Part shown: in pieces, positions 52,801 to 64,000 of the stretch
Layout: each line of letters starts with the position of its first letter
How positions within the stretch are numbered: position 1 is the first letter of the stretch
Source of the DNA: Adineta vaga
Taxonomy: Eukaryota; Animalia; Rotifera
Reading direction: 5' to 3'
DNA: 64,000 nucleotides
NCBI GenBank assembly: GCA_021613535.1
Contig: CP075495.1
Coordinates: 4,588,001 to 4,652,000, forward strand
Program-made: the position numbers and the translations under genes
The notes under the pieces: model-generated
What the model was told of the DNA's origin: nothing
Databases searched by the model: none
The model's input: only the letters and a program-made list of their open reading frames with translations

Positions 52801-55725
52801 TTATTCAAAGGCCACCTCTAGTCTTTTTTTCCTCACTCTGTTTTTCTTTTTGTTGTTCAGCAAGTTTCAATAGGACAAATTTGATTCATATGTAAATATG
52901 AAAATTGATGACGAGAAGAATTAAGATTTATATAAGCGGTTATTTCGTAGCACATAGAAAGAGAAATCTTAAGCGAACCTATGAGTCTATATCGAGAAAA
53001 GAAGACACTTCTTCTTGTCTGTTTATAGATAGTTATGATATAGAGTATGTGTCTTAGGTCGAGTTCGAGTTCATGGTTTTATTTTGCCAGAAGATATATA
53101 CTGAGTGATTGATCGAATGATTTCGATGTTTGACGAATGAGAAAAGAAAACAAATTCGTTCTTTTCTTCTTTAAACTATCAGCGCAGATAACATGATATG
53201 AAAGAAAATGTGTCATATATTCCTCGTTTTTTTGTGTATATATATATATAAATATATATTCGTCTGTTTCATAGAATCTATCTTGTATATGCACATTTTT
53301 CTTCATGTGCAGTTGTCGATTGTCGCCTATCAGGAAGGCAAATATTTTGGCCTCGCCTCGTTTTTACAGTATTCGCATTACTATTCATTCATTCTTTTTC
53401 TTTCTCGTTGTATTCGCATCGTGCTACTTTTGCAAAGAGGCTTATTATATTGATGAGTTTTTACTATGATTACATTCGGCTGCTATGTTCTTTCTGTCCC
53501 TCTCTTTCTCTTTCTCTTTCTCTTTCTCTCCCTCTTCTTCTCCTCTCGGTATGCTTTCACTATTACCAGAAAAAAAAACGGTACCAGGACGGCGAACGAA
53601 CGAACGAATATAGAAAGCCACTCTGTTTGCTCTTGTCCTACTCTATAATCAGTCAAAATAACGTACCGGTAACATTCACTCGTCTGATATACATGGTCTA
53701 TAGAGACATGTTTATTTGTGCGCATACCTCTTCATTCTTTTTTTTTCTTACATTTCTCAAAATGTTCATTCTTAGACTCATTTTTTTTACTTCGATAAGA
53801 AGTCTTCATTTACTGTAGACCATACATATATATATATATATATACGGTAATCATTACCGGTATTAGTATTAATATTACTATTATTAATATTGCTCGTTTC
53901 GTTTGTGACATGGAAGGCGATGTTGTTTTGCTTGGTTTAATGGACTGGAATGCCGCATCGTCGGCAACACAGCTCATACCATTACCGACAACAACTGAAG
54001 TGTGCTATGAATTGTTGACAGGCGGGGTTTGTATACATCATAGATAATACAGTTGTGCGCTAGAAGAAAGAAATGAGAAAGAAAACTCTACTAAATATCT
54101 TGTTGATGTTTTTCTTCTGAACAATAATAATAATAATAATATTTTTAGAAAATTTTTTTTGATAAAGATAATTGCCTATGTCTCTATGTTGTTATTTTTC
54201 TTTTTAAGCCTTCACAATCTCATTCTGGTGCATTTGATCAATCAAGACCACCATTCATGAATGGTCATCATACAATTGTTAATAATGGTCTATCACCATC
54301 ATCATCATCGTCTCATCAAACTCAACAACATCTCAGTGATACAAATTTGTATATAAAAAATTTGCCACCAGACTGTTCTGATCAAGATCTGGCTAAATTG
54401 GTGGAAGGGTAAGAAGAAAGCAAAATCTCATCATATCCATGGTTGAATTATTTATGTTTATAAATAGTTGTGGTCAAGTCAAATCAATGAAAGCAATTAT
54501 TGATAAACAAACGAATAAATGTAAAGGTTTCGGCTTTATTGATTTTGAAACTAATGAAGATGCTCAGTTGGCAATAGCTCAATTACAAAAACAAGGCTAT
54601 ACAGCTCAATTAGCTAAAGTAGATTTCGATAAATAATAAGTTTATGTTGAAAAAGTAAACAATCAAACTATTTTAGTCTTCACAACAACAAGAACAAGAC
54701 ACAACAAATTTATATTTTGCTAATTTGGATCCACAAATGACAGAACAAGATTTACGACAAGCACTTAGTCAATTCGGTACTGTTGTTAGTGTACGTATTT
54801 TACGTGACCAACAAAAACAGTCACGTGGTGTTGGTTTTGCACGTATGAATGACAAAGATCAATGTCAAGCAATTATCAATCGATTCCATAATCAGAGTTT
54901 TCCAGGTTTGTATTTTTAATGCTCAATGACAATATTCTTGGAAAATAAATATCGACTTTTATTCATTTATAATAGATTTTTCTGATAAACACGTACATGT
55001 TAAATTTGCTGATGCCAGTAATAAAAATAAGAAATCGTATAAAACAGGTTTCGAAGTAAGTTAAATGTTTTATGCTATGAAATATCAAATATTTTCTTTT
55101 CTTTCTCAATAGGATATGAAGAGTGGTCATCCATTATATCCCATGGATCAAACAGTTTCATATTCATCACCAACTGTTGTATTTCCTCCATGGTCATCAA
55201 TGTCAGCTGCACAAATGCTTCCTCCACAAGCTCAAAATCATCATCAACAACATCAACAACAACAACAACAACAAACAATTGTCTCCGGTCCACCATCACA
55301 TGCACATCATCCAGCGCATCATCCAATGTATGCACAAGCAGCACAACTTCGACAGCCATTAGGCGTTTTTAATCCAGCTATTCCGTCCTATATGCACTTG
55401 TCACATGGACCAGGTCATGAGTCTGGTGCAGCGTTTGTATTACCGATGCAGCAATTACAACAATTACAAATTGCTAATGGTCATGCAGGCGCATTTTGTC
55501 TGATGAATCCACCACATCCACATCAACATCATCATCCTCATGCTGCAGCAACACTTTTTATGCAAGCACCACAGCCAACAGCTGCACCTCCACCTCAACA
55601 ACAACAACAACAACAATCAGCACCCCCACCGACACAAAATGATCCATCACAAGTATGTTAAATTAATAGGAAATGTTTCTTTTATCTATTATCTCATTAT
55701 TATTCCCTCCTAGGATCTGTCATAG
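49847..55725 (+). CDS. shep: RBMS/alan shepard (shep)-like two-RRM RNA-binding protein with long introns and several candidate first exons
   Basis: RRM1 LSDTNLYIKNLPP...KAIIDKQTNKCKGFGFIDF; linker AQLAK..QQQEQDTTNLYFANL; RRM2 VVSVRILRD..QSRGVGFARM...VKFAD; Q/H/P-rich tail. Exons include 49847-50065, 51400-51648, 54209 onward, and a last exon at 55714-55725. Confidence 0.9.
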
Positions 55726-55997
55726 AACACCTACTGATGAAACAGCCAATCATTTATTTGTTTTTCTCTTGCCTTCCCCATTTTTTTCCTTCTTGTTTGG
55801 CGCGATCTCCTGGCTTGAACGAGAGAATTTGTGTGGATTTTTTGTTCATTGTTCAACCACCAAGTTGCTCTCTTGTGTGCCGTTTCTTTTTCTTGTGTCT
55901 GTCTCTGTCTCTGTCTCTCTCTTCTTTTCTTTTTTTCACTTCGTCTCGAGTGCCATTTTGATGATATTGATGCTGATGAGCGCATGTGTGTATGTTG

Positions 55998-56060
55998 TTT
56001 GTGTGTGTGTGTGTGCATGACTAACGCTCTTTTTCTCTCTCTCACTCTCTCTCTCTCTCT
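55998..56060. repeat. (GT)n and (CT)n microsatellites in the shep 3' region
   Basis: Seen directly. The 46.5-56.6 kb region has many (TA)n, (GA)n and (CT)n tracts. Confidence 0.8.
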
Positions 56061-56948
56061 TCTGTCCTTGGTTGCCGTTGTTGCTGTTGTTGTCACCGTT
56101 TGGTCGATCTCCATTTCTTTTTCCTTGTCATCAGCTCTTCGTCTTTTTCTGATCTGTTGGCCGTGCTAGGCAGCCAGTCGCCTTTTCTCTTCTTTTTTTG
56201 TGTCTCTTTGTACGTATGAGAGTGAAAACGAACGCTGTCTGTGTAGTGAGATAAGATAAAAAACATGTGGCTCTATTTTTTTTTGTTTGTTCGTTGGCTT
56301 CTTGTTTTTTTTCATACACACACGCACACATGCATACAACAATTCATATGTTCGTTTTACATTGTTGATGTAGTAGTTTTTTTTTGGCGCGTTTACATGC
56401 ATTGATAACAGACTGCGATGAAATGATTTCGAGTAAGACACATATATATATATATATGTGAATATATATACATGCACACACAGAAACAAAGAGACGAAAT
56501 AAAACAAAAAAAATGTATGAGAACGAAATGAAAACGAAATGTACAATTATATTATTATCAATATCATTGATAGACAGTTCGATCATATAGACAAAAGTCA
56601 TTCAATAAAATGATCTCATTTTTTTCTAAAGAACAGGAAGAAAAAACAAGAAAACTAGATTATTGATTGAGATTCAATTGTTCGCGACATTGATTTGGAT
56701 TCTTTCTGATGCTTAAGAAAATTGACGTCTCGAACATGATTTCATCATATGAAAATTAGATCGTGGAGAAATGACTGTTAAGAATTAGAAGATATTTCAA
56801 CTATTGTAGAACTTTTTCTAATATGTTATAAAATAATATAATGAAATTATTGTTTGACGCATAATTCAATTGATCGAGGTAAATCGAAAACTCAACTAAA
56901 GTCTTTTGTTTTGTTATGTTATGTAGAGTAAATAGATGGTTTATTTTT

Positions 56949-59111
56949 CTAATCTTTTAAATGTCGTTGAATCGTTTGAATAATTGCATTAATTGATTTT
57001 TGACGATTGATTTTGATGAATTCTTTTCCTCGAATTGTAAGTATTGAAAGCCAACCATTATTTGCCGGATGTGTATGAAGGAAATGAAGCGTTTCCGTTG
57101 ATTGAGCTACATTTATTGAAATAAAATTATGATATTCAATAGAGTTGATTTCTTACTGTAAGAAAGTGGTCCGGAATGACAATCACGTATTTGTCTAGCG
57201 ACAGAATCTAATTGAAGTGATGTTGCACGTTCAGCAATGAAAAATTGTTGAATTATTTCAATTGTTTGTTCGAGCCGAGAAAGCATTTGTTTTTCATGAT
57301 TATTCGAAGTTGATAAAATTTTATTTGTTTCTTTCGAACGAATCTGTAGAACAAAAAGGAACGAAAGACGATCATCATATGAATACTTTGTTGATAACGA
57401 AAAAAGAATACTTTTTCAATTAGTGATGGAGATATTCCATCAACAGACAATGTTCCTTTCTTCGGTGATGATAATATAATTGTTGAAGATACATCATCAC
57501 TTGAAAATGCAGAAAATAAAGCACGTTTGACACGTTGTGATGAAGTACGTTCAGCATAATGACGAATTTCAATGGGTGATGCTAATAGTTGTTTATCTGG
57601 TGTTTCAGGTAATGATGAAATAGCAATATCAGGTATATTTTCTAGATCAAAATCTGGATGCCAACGAACAAGATTTTCATCATTCGGAAGTTCATCAATA
57701 TTTTGTTGGAGTTTATTCGACAGAAAAGTCTGAAAGGAAAGAATTATGTAAATATTGTATTTTTCCAAATAGAATTTAAGATCAGAAACGAAGAATAGAG
57801 TACTCAATTGCTTTTGTATGTAAATTGATCGAATTGTCATGTAGTTAACAATTCAGATAGACTTTTTAAATTAATAGTTCTTCGGAAAAAAGAACTCTTC
57901 TAACGTGATCTACTTCAGTAAACTTAGACTCAATGGAATGACCTTATGAATAAAGATTTGAGTATTTACCCGATGATAAGTTTTAACTAAACTAAGTAAT
58001 GCACGACGAAAACAATCGATACGTTCAACAATAATTGATGGAGTAATTTGTACATTTGTTTGAATACCAAAATCAGCTAAAAAGTCAATTGAATAGACAG
58101 GTTTTTTTTAAAAAGAATCGTAAAATCATTACTTGGAATTATTGTTAATTCATGTTTCAATTTCATTGGACTTAATGTTGGTAATTGAATTTTTTCTTGT
58201 TGAAAACTGAACATTGTTGGATTGATTGTTTTAATACGACCCAGTGTTTGTAATGTGAAATTTCTTTATGATAGAAAATAATTCAGTATAAATAAGATAC
58301 AAATGAAATAAATACCGTTTCGTTTTTTGTTGGATTACTTGTTGACATTTATCAAATGTATTTATACCTCCATTGTTATGTGTATGGCAAACAAGAAAAT
58401 CTAAATGTTTATATTGTTCAAGTAATAATTGATATTTGTTTGGTAAGGGTAATTCAATTGTTGTGACCAGAGAATCTAAACGTTCATAAGCTGGAATTGA
58501 AGGATAACTAAATCAAAGAAGATATTAAAGGACAAGGATCTTAATAGTTTAATACCTTTTTACAGGTGTTTGTGGTGATGGATGTTTGAATGGACTTGTT
58601 GTTTTGTCACCGATGATATTAGAACGTTTGATAGGTGAACGAGAATAAGTTGATTTGTATTTATATAGATCATTTCGAAATGCACGAATACGTGTACGTA
58701 TATCTTCAAGATCTTGTTGTTCCATAAAACGTTCGCGCATTTTTACTGGACTACGATGATGAAGTGGAGCACTGTGATGACGGACAAATTTGATTCGAGT
58801 AGGTATCGAAGATTTCATAAGAGAATCCTTTGGTAATTGGTTGGTTTCTTCTAATTTAATTGTTGCTAAAAATAGATGAAGAAAAAATATATGATGGGTG
58901 TCAATGTTCATAAGATTTTGTTCTTACAATTTGATGTATTTTCAACAGGAAGATCAGGTGGACATTGATCAAGATCTGTTTCAAACGTTTTCGATTGTTC
59001 ATCTTCGACTTTTATTACTTTCATTGGCTTATTGAAAAGAGCAGCGTTTGAAACATTTGTTGAATGACATTTTGTGAAAAAATCCGTAATTAAAAGTGTT
59101 CTTTGCGGCAT
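56949..59111 (-). CDS. CDT1: DNA replication licensing factor Cdt1
   Basis: N-terminal PIP-like ITDFF; PAYERL...LPLPNKYQLL; RNFTLQTLGRIKTINP; RWHPDFDLENIPDI; GISPSLIEKIRSKE; C-terminal winged helix (GWLSILTIR..EFIKINR). All exons join in frame. Confidence 0.92.
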
Positions 59112-60170
59112 AATTTATCAATTTAAAAACGAAAGATACAAATAATAAATTAATGATAAGTACAATTAAGAAGCTATTCTTGACCGCTTTGTATATGCTC
59201 GAATAGACAATGGTCAATATCATTATGAGTATTGTTGACCATTGGTCAAGAAATTGTTTCCTCTATAATGATTGCAATTCTAGCGAATATAGATCATTCA
59301 TAGATGTCGATCATTTTGTTCGATGAAAATTTCATGTCTATTTCACATCTATTCAACAATTCATAACATGCTAAGACATATCAGTAATTCAAATTTCTGT
59401 CAAATGAATGTCGATTATACTCATTAAACAACTTACAAATTAGTATATGTTCAAGCCTGATGTTTTTATGCTATCTAATTATTCTGTATTTTATGTTAAT
59501 CGACTGTTGTACAACGTACATACATATGTCTCTTCTTTATTTTCAACACAACTAGCTTTCTCATGAATGCGTCTATTCAATATTGCATATGGAAAATAGA
59601 GAGTCAAATCTGCTTGATAGGACACTACAAAATAATAAAGTCCAATTAAGTTTGTCAACGTATCAAGTAATCTTATAAGTTCTTTTTTGTCAGTGAACGC
59701 CTATAGATTTTTTTTTCTTGATTGCCTCGAGTAATAATGTACTTTATGCTGCGTCGAAAAAGAATAACAAACAATAAAGTTTCGCTTTTTTCACGGATAA
59801 AAATCGTCTATAAATCACACTTTCAAATCTAGGAAAGAATGAAATTACAGTACAAAAGTTTTGACGCTTTTCTTCCACTGAAAGAAGAAAACAAAGTGTC
59901 TAATTTTAATTTTTTTTGTTGTCACAGAAATTATTGTTGAAAAATAAACAGTATTTCTTTTAGGAAAGTGATGACATTCTACACCTATAGTTGCATTAGC
60001 AAGTGCTATTCTGACGTTTCGATCATTAATACGGTCAAAAAATAGACTTTTTTTTAAAGGATCGAAGAACAAATCGCATTTAAACACATGATTTTGTTTG
60101 TTAATATTCATTCTTTTTGCTTACTGAAGAAATAAACGAAAAAGACATATTTGCAAACGGTGATTATACA

Positions 60171-61148
60171 ATGTATACAGATCGTAATCAGACATACACA
60201 GAATATGAAATAGTAGTAAGTACTGGTACACTCACATCAGTTTTTAAAATTCAAAAAAATTTTCCATAACCGTGTTATAGGAAGAAATTCATCATACCCG
60301 ACCAAAGGTTGTATACAGAGCACCGGCGAGTGATATATCAACAACTACGGTTACGAATGTTCCTGTGACGAAGTTTGTGTGTTATTTTATATTTTATTTT
60401 GTTTATGATTTATTATTATAAGGCCACCGATATGTGGTGGAATACCGTTGTTAGTCGCATGCGTAATTCTAAGTTGTCTCTTTGCTGCAGTTGTTGCCAT
60501 TGCATTATATGTGGTTATTAATGATAGCATGAATAGTGGTATGTTATTTATTATTGATCATGATTCTTGTCGAGAGATGAAGAGCTATGAACATCGTATA
60601 AAATTAGGAAATTTTCTTTCTTTTTTTCTTCTTCGATTGTATTTTTCTGTATTTCATGTTTACTTCTATTAGCAACAACTACAACGACTACGACAACGAC
60701 TACAACTACCACACTGCTGACTATAATTACAGGAATACAAAATTATGCAGTAATGCTGAACGCAAATGGTTATCATGGCGCTTATTATATTCGTTATTAT
60801 AATGCATATAATACTTCAACTGCAATGAGAATAGAATATCCAATTGTTTATCTAAGTGGTACAACTTTTTCAGGAACATATACAAATAATGCTTGGTATG
60901 CACTTCAAGGTGGTTGTGGTAATTCGAATGGAATTGCAAGTTGTACAGCAGTATGCAAGGCATTATCTCGAACTTATGTTGGAATATCGAGCTCTTGTAC
61001 ACCTGTATATTCTGGTTCAGTTACATCATATGTTACACCCGATCGTTGTACTTATACAGCTGCGGATACTACTGCTACACCATGGGCTGATTATGGTGCA
61101 GCTTCTACTTGTGTAAATCCAATGGTTTACTGTGATTGTTCATTATAA
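60171..61148 (+). CDS. Type II membrane protein with a poly-Thr stalk and an 8-Cys ectodomain, 4 exons
   Basis: MYTDRNQ... cytoplasmic tail; TM LLVACVILSCLFAAVVAIALYVVI; Thr run at ~60675-60713; Cys-rich C-terminal domain. Exons join in frame. Confidence 0.75.
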
Positions 61149-61292
61149 CAAACGGTTTTTATGTAGATCTTGATTTGTTATATGTTTTAATAAAGAATTT
61201 CTCTTATTTCGATTTATCGGAAATATAATAAAAATAAAATTTGTATTTTATCAAAACAAAACTATAAGAATACAAAATATATTCTGAAATAA

Positions 61293-62195
61293 TTAGCAAG
61301 AACAACATCGAAAACAGCCCATTTTGAAAAAACTTTTCGTCATAGTCTGTAGACAAGATCCTTTTGTTTGACTACAACAATCATCTTTCGAATCGACATA
61401 CTGTTGAAGAAGATCTTGTGCACGTTTCTTATTATTAAATATTTGAAAATGACCTGGATAGATTTTATCAATTTCATGTTCATCCAACCAATCAATCATA
61501 TGATTTGCACTTCTTGTATAATCTTGAATAGATGATGTTGGTAACCAATCTATCAATGCGTTGCCGTGACCACAATCATATACAAAATCACCACTAAATA
61601 ATGCTTTTATCTTTGGATAATAGCAAACAATACTTCCTCGTGTATGACCAGGTACATGTGACACAATTATTTCATCATCTCCACCTAAAATCTTCTATGT
61701 TTATTATATTTCAAAGATATTAGTAGTATCACCTAAATCAATTCGATGGCCATCCATTATAGATTCACATTGTGTTGCTGGAACTCGATATTCTCTGGAA
61801 GAAAAGTTCTCATAGGGTGCTTGTTGAAAATGTGCAGGTTTTACATAATTCAATGTATCTACTTGTCGACCTTGTCTCAAACCTTGATAATCATCTTGAT
61901 GGATTAATATTCGACTTTCATTTTCGAAATGATTTGCTCCACCACAATGATCGAAATGTGAATGTGTACATAGAACAATACATTCACGATTTTTGCAAAG
62001 TAACTGAAGATTTTCGAAATGTTTTTTTAAATTACAAACACCTAAACCGCAATCAATAATTAAATCACGTGCTGTACCACGTATAAACCAAATATTTGAA
62101 CGATTGGCTTCGAAAAAATGATTTTCATTTGTTAAATATAGATTACAATCAATTCGTCGTGTATTAAACCATCGAGGATTGTCAATTATAGCCAT
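61293..62195 (-). CDS. MBLAC2: Metallo-beta-lactamase domain-containing protein 2, 2 exons
   Basis: NRSNIWFIRG..DLIIDCGLG, THSHFDHCGG (HxHxDH), HVPGHTRGS, LFSGDFVYD, LIDWLP, IYPGH. Intron at 61685-61732. Confidence 0.9.
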
Positions 62196-62632
62196 TTAAT
62201 TCTTTTTTTAATAATTGAATAAGAAAAATAATATCTTTGACTATTTGTTGATTACTTATTACAAATCCGTGTCGGAAGGATTTGATTCGTTTAATTTATA
62301 TTAAGTGCAGTAGATGGCGTCATACATAATACGACAATATTTGGTATTACTCAAATTGTATTATCTGTAAAATTCATATTTTCTCATTTTATTGATAATA
62401 AAGACATGTAAAAAAAGAAGAAGAACTACAGTTCACACGAAGAAAGAATACGAAACGCAGACAAGATTCTGTTTCATTAGCAAATTAAAACAAGTACTGA
62501 ACTATGTATGTTGAACATAAAATGAAAATGATATTAATCATATTTAGTTGTACGTTGTACAGAGCAAAAAAACACCAAAATCTGACATATATACATTGAA
62601 TCAAGCAAACACAAAAAAAGAAGAAAGAATGA

Positions 62633-64000
62633 TTAGTATTTTTTTCGATTGTCTAATTCTTGACCATTGATATCTTGTAGCTTACTTTCAGTCATCGTTA
62701 AACGTGTTTCAAGAATAGCTACTGTTTTTGTTAAAATATCTAATTGTTGAACAATATGTTCAAGAGTATTAGTTAATTGAGGTGAATATGCTTGATGAAC
62801 ATTGCTTTCAATGTCATATGTTGAACGATTGTTTTTACTGATTCCATTCGTTGTTGGTGCAGAATTCACTAGGCATGCTGAAGCACTATTGGACTAGAAG
62901 ATTCAAATGATGAATATTCAAAAGAACTAATTAAAATCGTTTCATTTACTCGAGATACACCATTTTCATATGCTGGACCAATATTTGTTATTTCAAGACG
63001 ATCACCATCATCGAACATTGGATTTGTTGATTTTCCATTAAGTATATCAATCTAAATAGATAGATGATTCCAATGGATTTTGAATACACTAATAATTAGA
63101 ATTGTCTAACTTTTCTTGCTTGTCGTTCATCATTTGTTTCTGGATATGATTTTTCTTTTAATGATGATATTTGAGATTTCTTTTGTTGATTAGTTGCTGA
63201 TGAAACTCGTGCTGATGGATTATAATCATTTGTTGATACATCATTACCACTTGTATATTTATTATTTGTTGCATTTATTGATTCAGCAAATGGAATAGCC
63301 GCATCGAAATTTGTTTTCCAAACAAGTACCTTGAAAAGAAAACTCAAGTACAAGAACATCGTTCGTTTGATTTCAAAGGCAATTTACTTGTTGATCTTGA
63401 CCACCCGATGCAAAATAATCTCCTTGTTTAGAAAATGCAACGCTTGTTGCTGGTCCCTTGAAAAAATAAAAAAATAATTTATCGATGATCATTATAATAA
63501 GTATGTCTTACTTGGTGTCCATGTAAAGTATAAATCAGACGTCCTTCTAATAAATCAAATAATTTCAAAGTAGCATCACTAGATGCTGTTAGAAGAAAAT
63601 TTCCATTTGGATGAAATGCAACACTATTCACTGATGCTACATGATCTAAAAATGGCAAGACATGTCGGAATAAAGAAAATACATGTGTTATATTTGTCTT
63701 ACTTGCATAGTGTTGAATCAATTTTCGTGTTCGAATATCCCAAATTTTGACACTTGCATCTGTACATCCACCACCAATACAGGTACCACTTGGATGAAAT
63801 GCAACATCATTAAGAAAACCATGTGGTTCATAGAATGTATGCATACATTCATTCGTATTTCGATCCCATATTTTAACTGTTTTATCGTCACTGCAACTAA
63901 CAATTAATCGTCCATCGGGTGAAAATTTCGCACAACGAACCCAATTCGAATGTTGATTAAGTGAAAATTGAAATTTTTGTCGATGAACTGTCCAAATTTT
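62633..64000 (-). CDS. POC1: POC1 centriolar WD40 protein, 3' part
   Basis: WD40 repeats ([70 protein letters not shown]) and the Poc1 C-terminal coil [29 protein letters not shown]. Confidence 0.95.

Noticed and set aside
46540-56640. Dozens of 60-136 aa ORFs on both strands rich in F/L/S, Y/I or K/R/E
   Set aside because: They are translations of (CT)n, (TA)n, (GA)n and poly-T/A tracts in shep introns, UTR and flanks. They have no splice-compatible structure or domain.
61293-62195. Metallo-beta-lactamase as a bacterial horizontal transfer or resistance gene
   Set aside because: Its motifs match the animal MBLAC2 family along the whole length.
62195-62633. POC1 > MBLAC2 as another operon
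   Set aside because: The gap is 437 nt and contains a YY1-like AGATGGCG (~62312) and no acceptor next to the ATG, so an independent promoter is plausible.
1-64000. Non-standard genetic code or prokaryotic systems (CRISPR, defence islands) to explain the fragmented ORFs
   Set aside because: Short spliceosomal introns explain the fragmentation, TAA/TAG end genes at the expected positions, and no repeat-spacer array is present.
25057-64000. POLA1, CDT1 and POC1 as a cell-cycle gene cluster
   Set aside because: They are separated by unrelated genes and lie on different strands, which is compatible with chance.

Overview
This is AT-rich, gene-dense eukaryotic (animal) DNA with many short (~45-65 nt) GT-AG introns. 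The architecture resembles bdelloid rotifer genomes, but the taxon is my inference. The ORF track shows only exon fragments, so I joined exons by hand into about 20 protein-coding genes: a Cas/BCAR1-like SH3 protein (partial), NSUN4, an SCaMC carrier, RPL9, MYCBP, KIF27/KIF7, an orphan gene, a POU6-like homeobox gene, MECR, AP-2 alpha, POLA1, a MET/RON-like receptor kinase, a 3-TM protein with a dynein-MTBD-like tail, Spire, VKOR, RBMS/shep, CDT1, a type II membrane Cys-rich protein, MBLAC2 and POC1 (partial). I saw no rRNA, tRNA, CRISPR array or autonomous transposon. The main leads are: (1) operon-like clusters with unpaired splice acceptors just before start codons, including an RFX X-box followed by MYCBP and KIF27 (both cilia-linked) with no room for a second promoter, back-to-back with RPL9-SCaMC-NSUN4; (2) a membrane-anchored, motor-less dynein microtubule-binding-domain-like protein; (3) introns flanked by direct repeats; (4) a POU6-like homeodomain with Tyr50 and no POU-specific domain; (5) three apparent frame breaks in conserved genes, which may be assembly errors. 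All homology calls come from motif recognition, not database searches.
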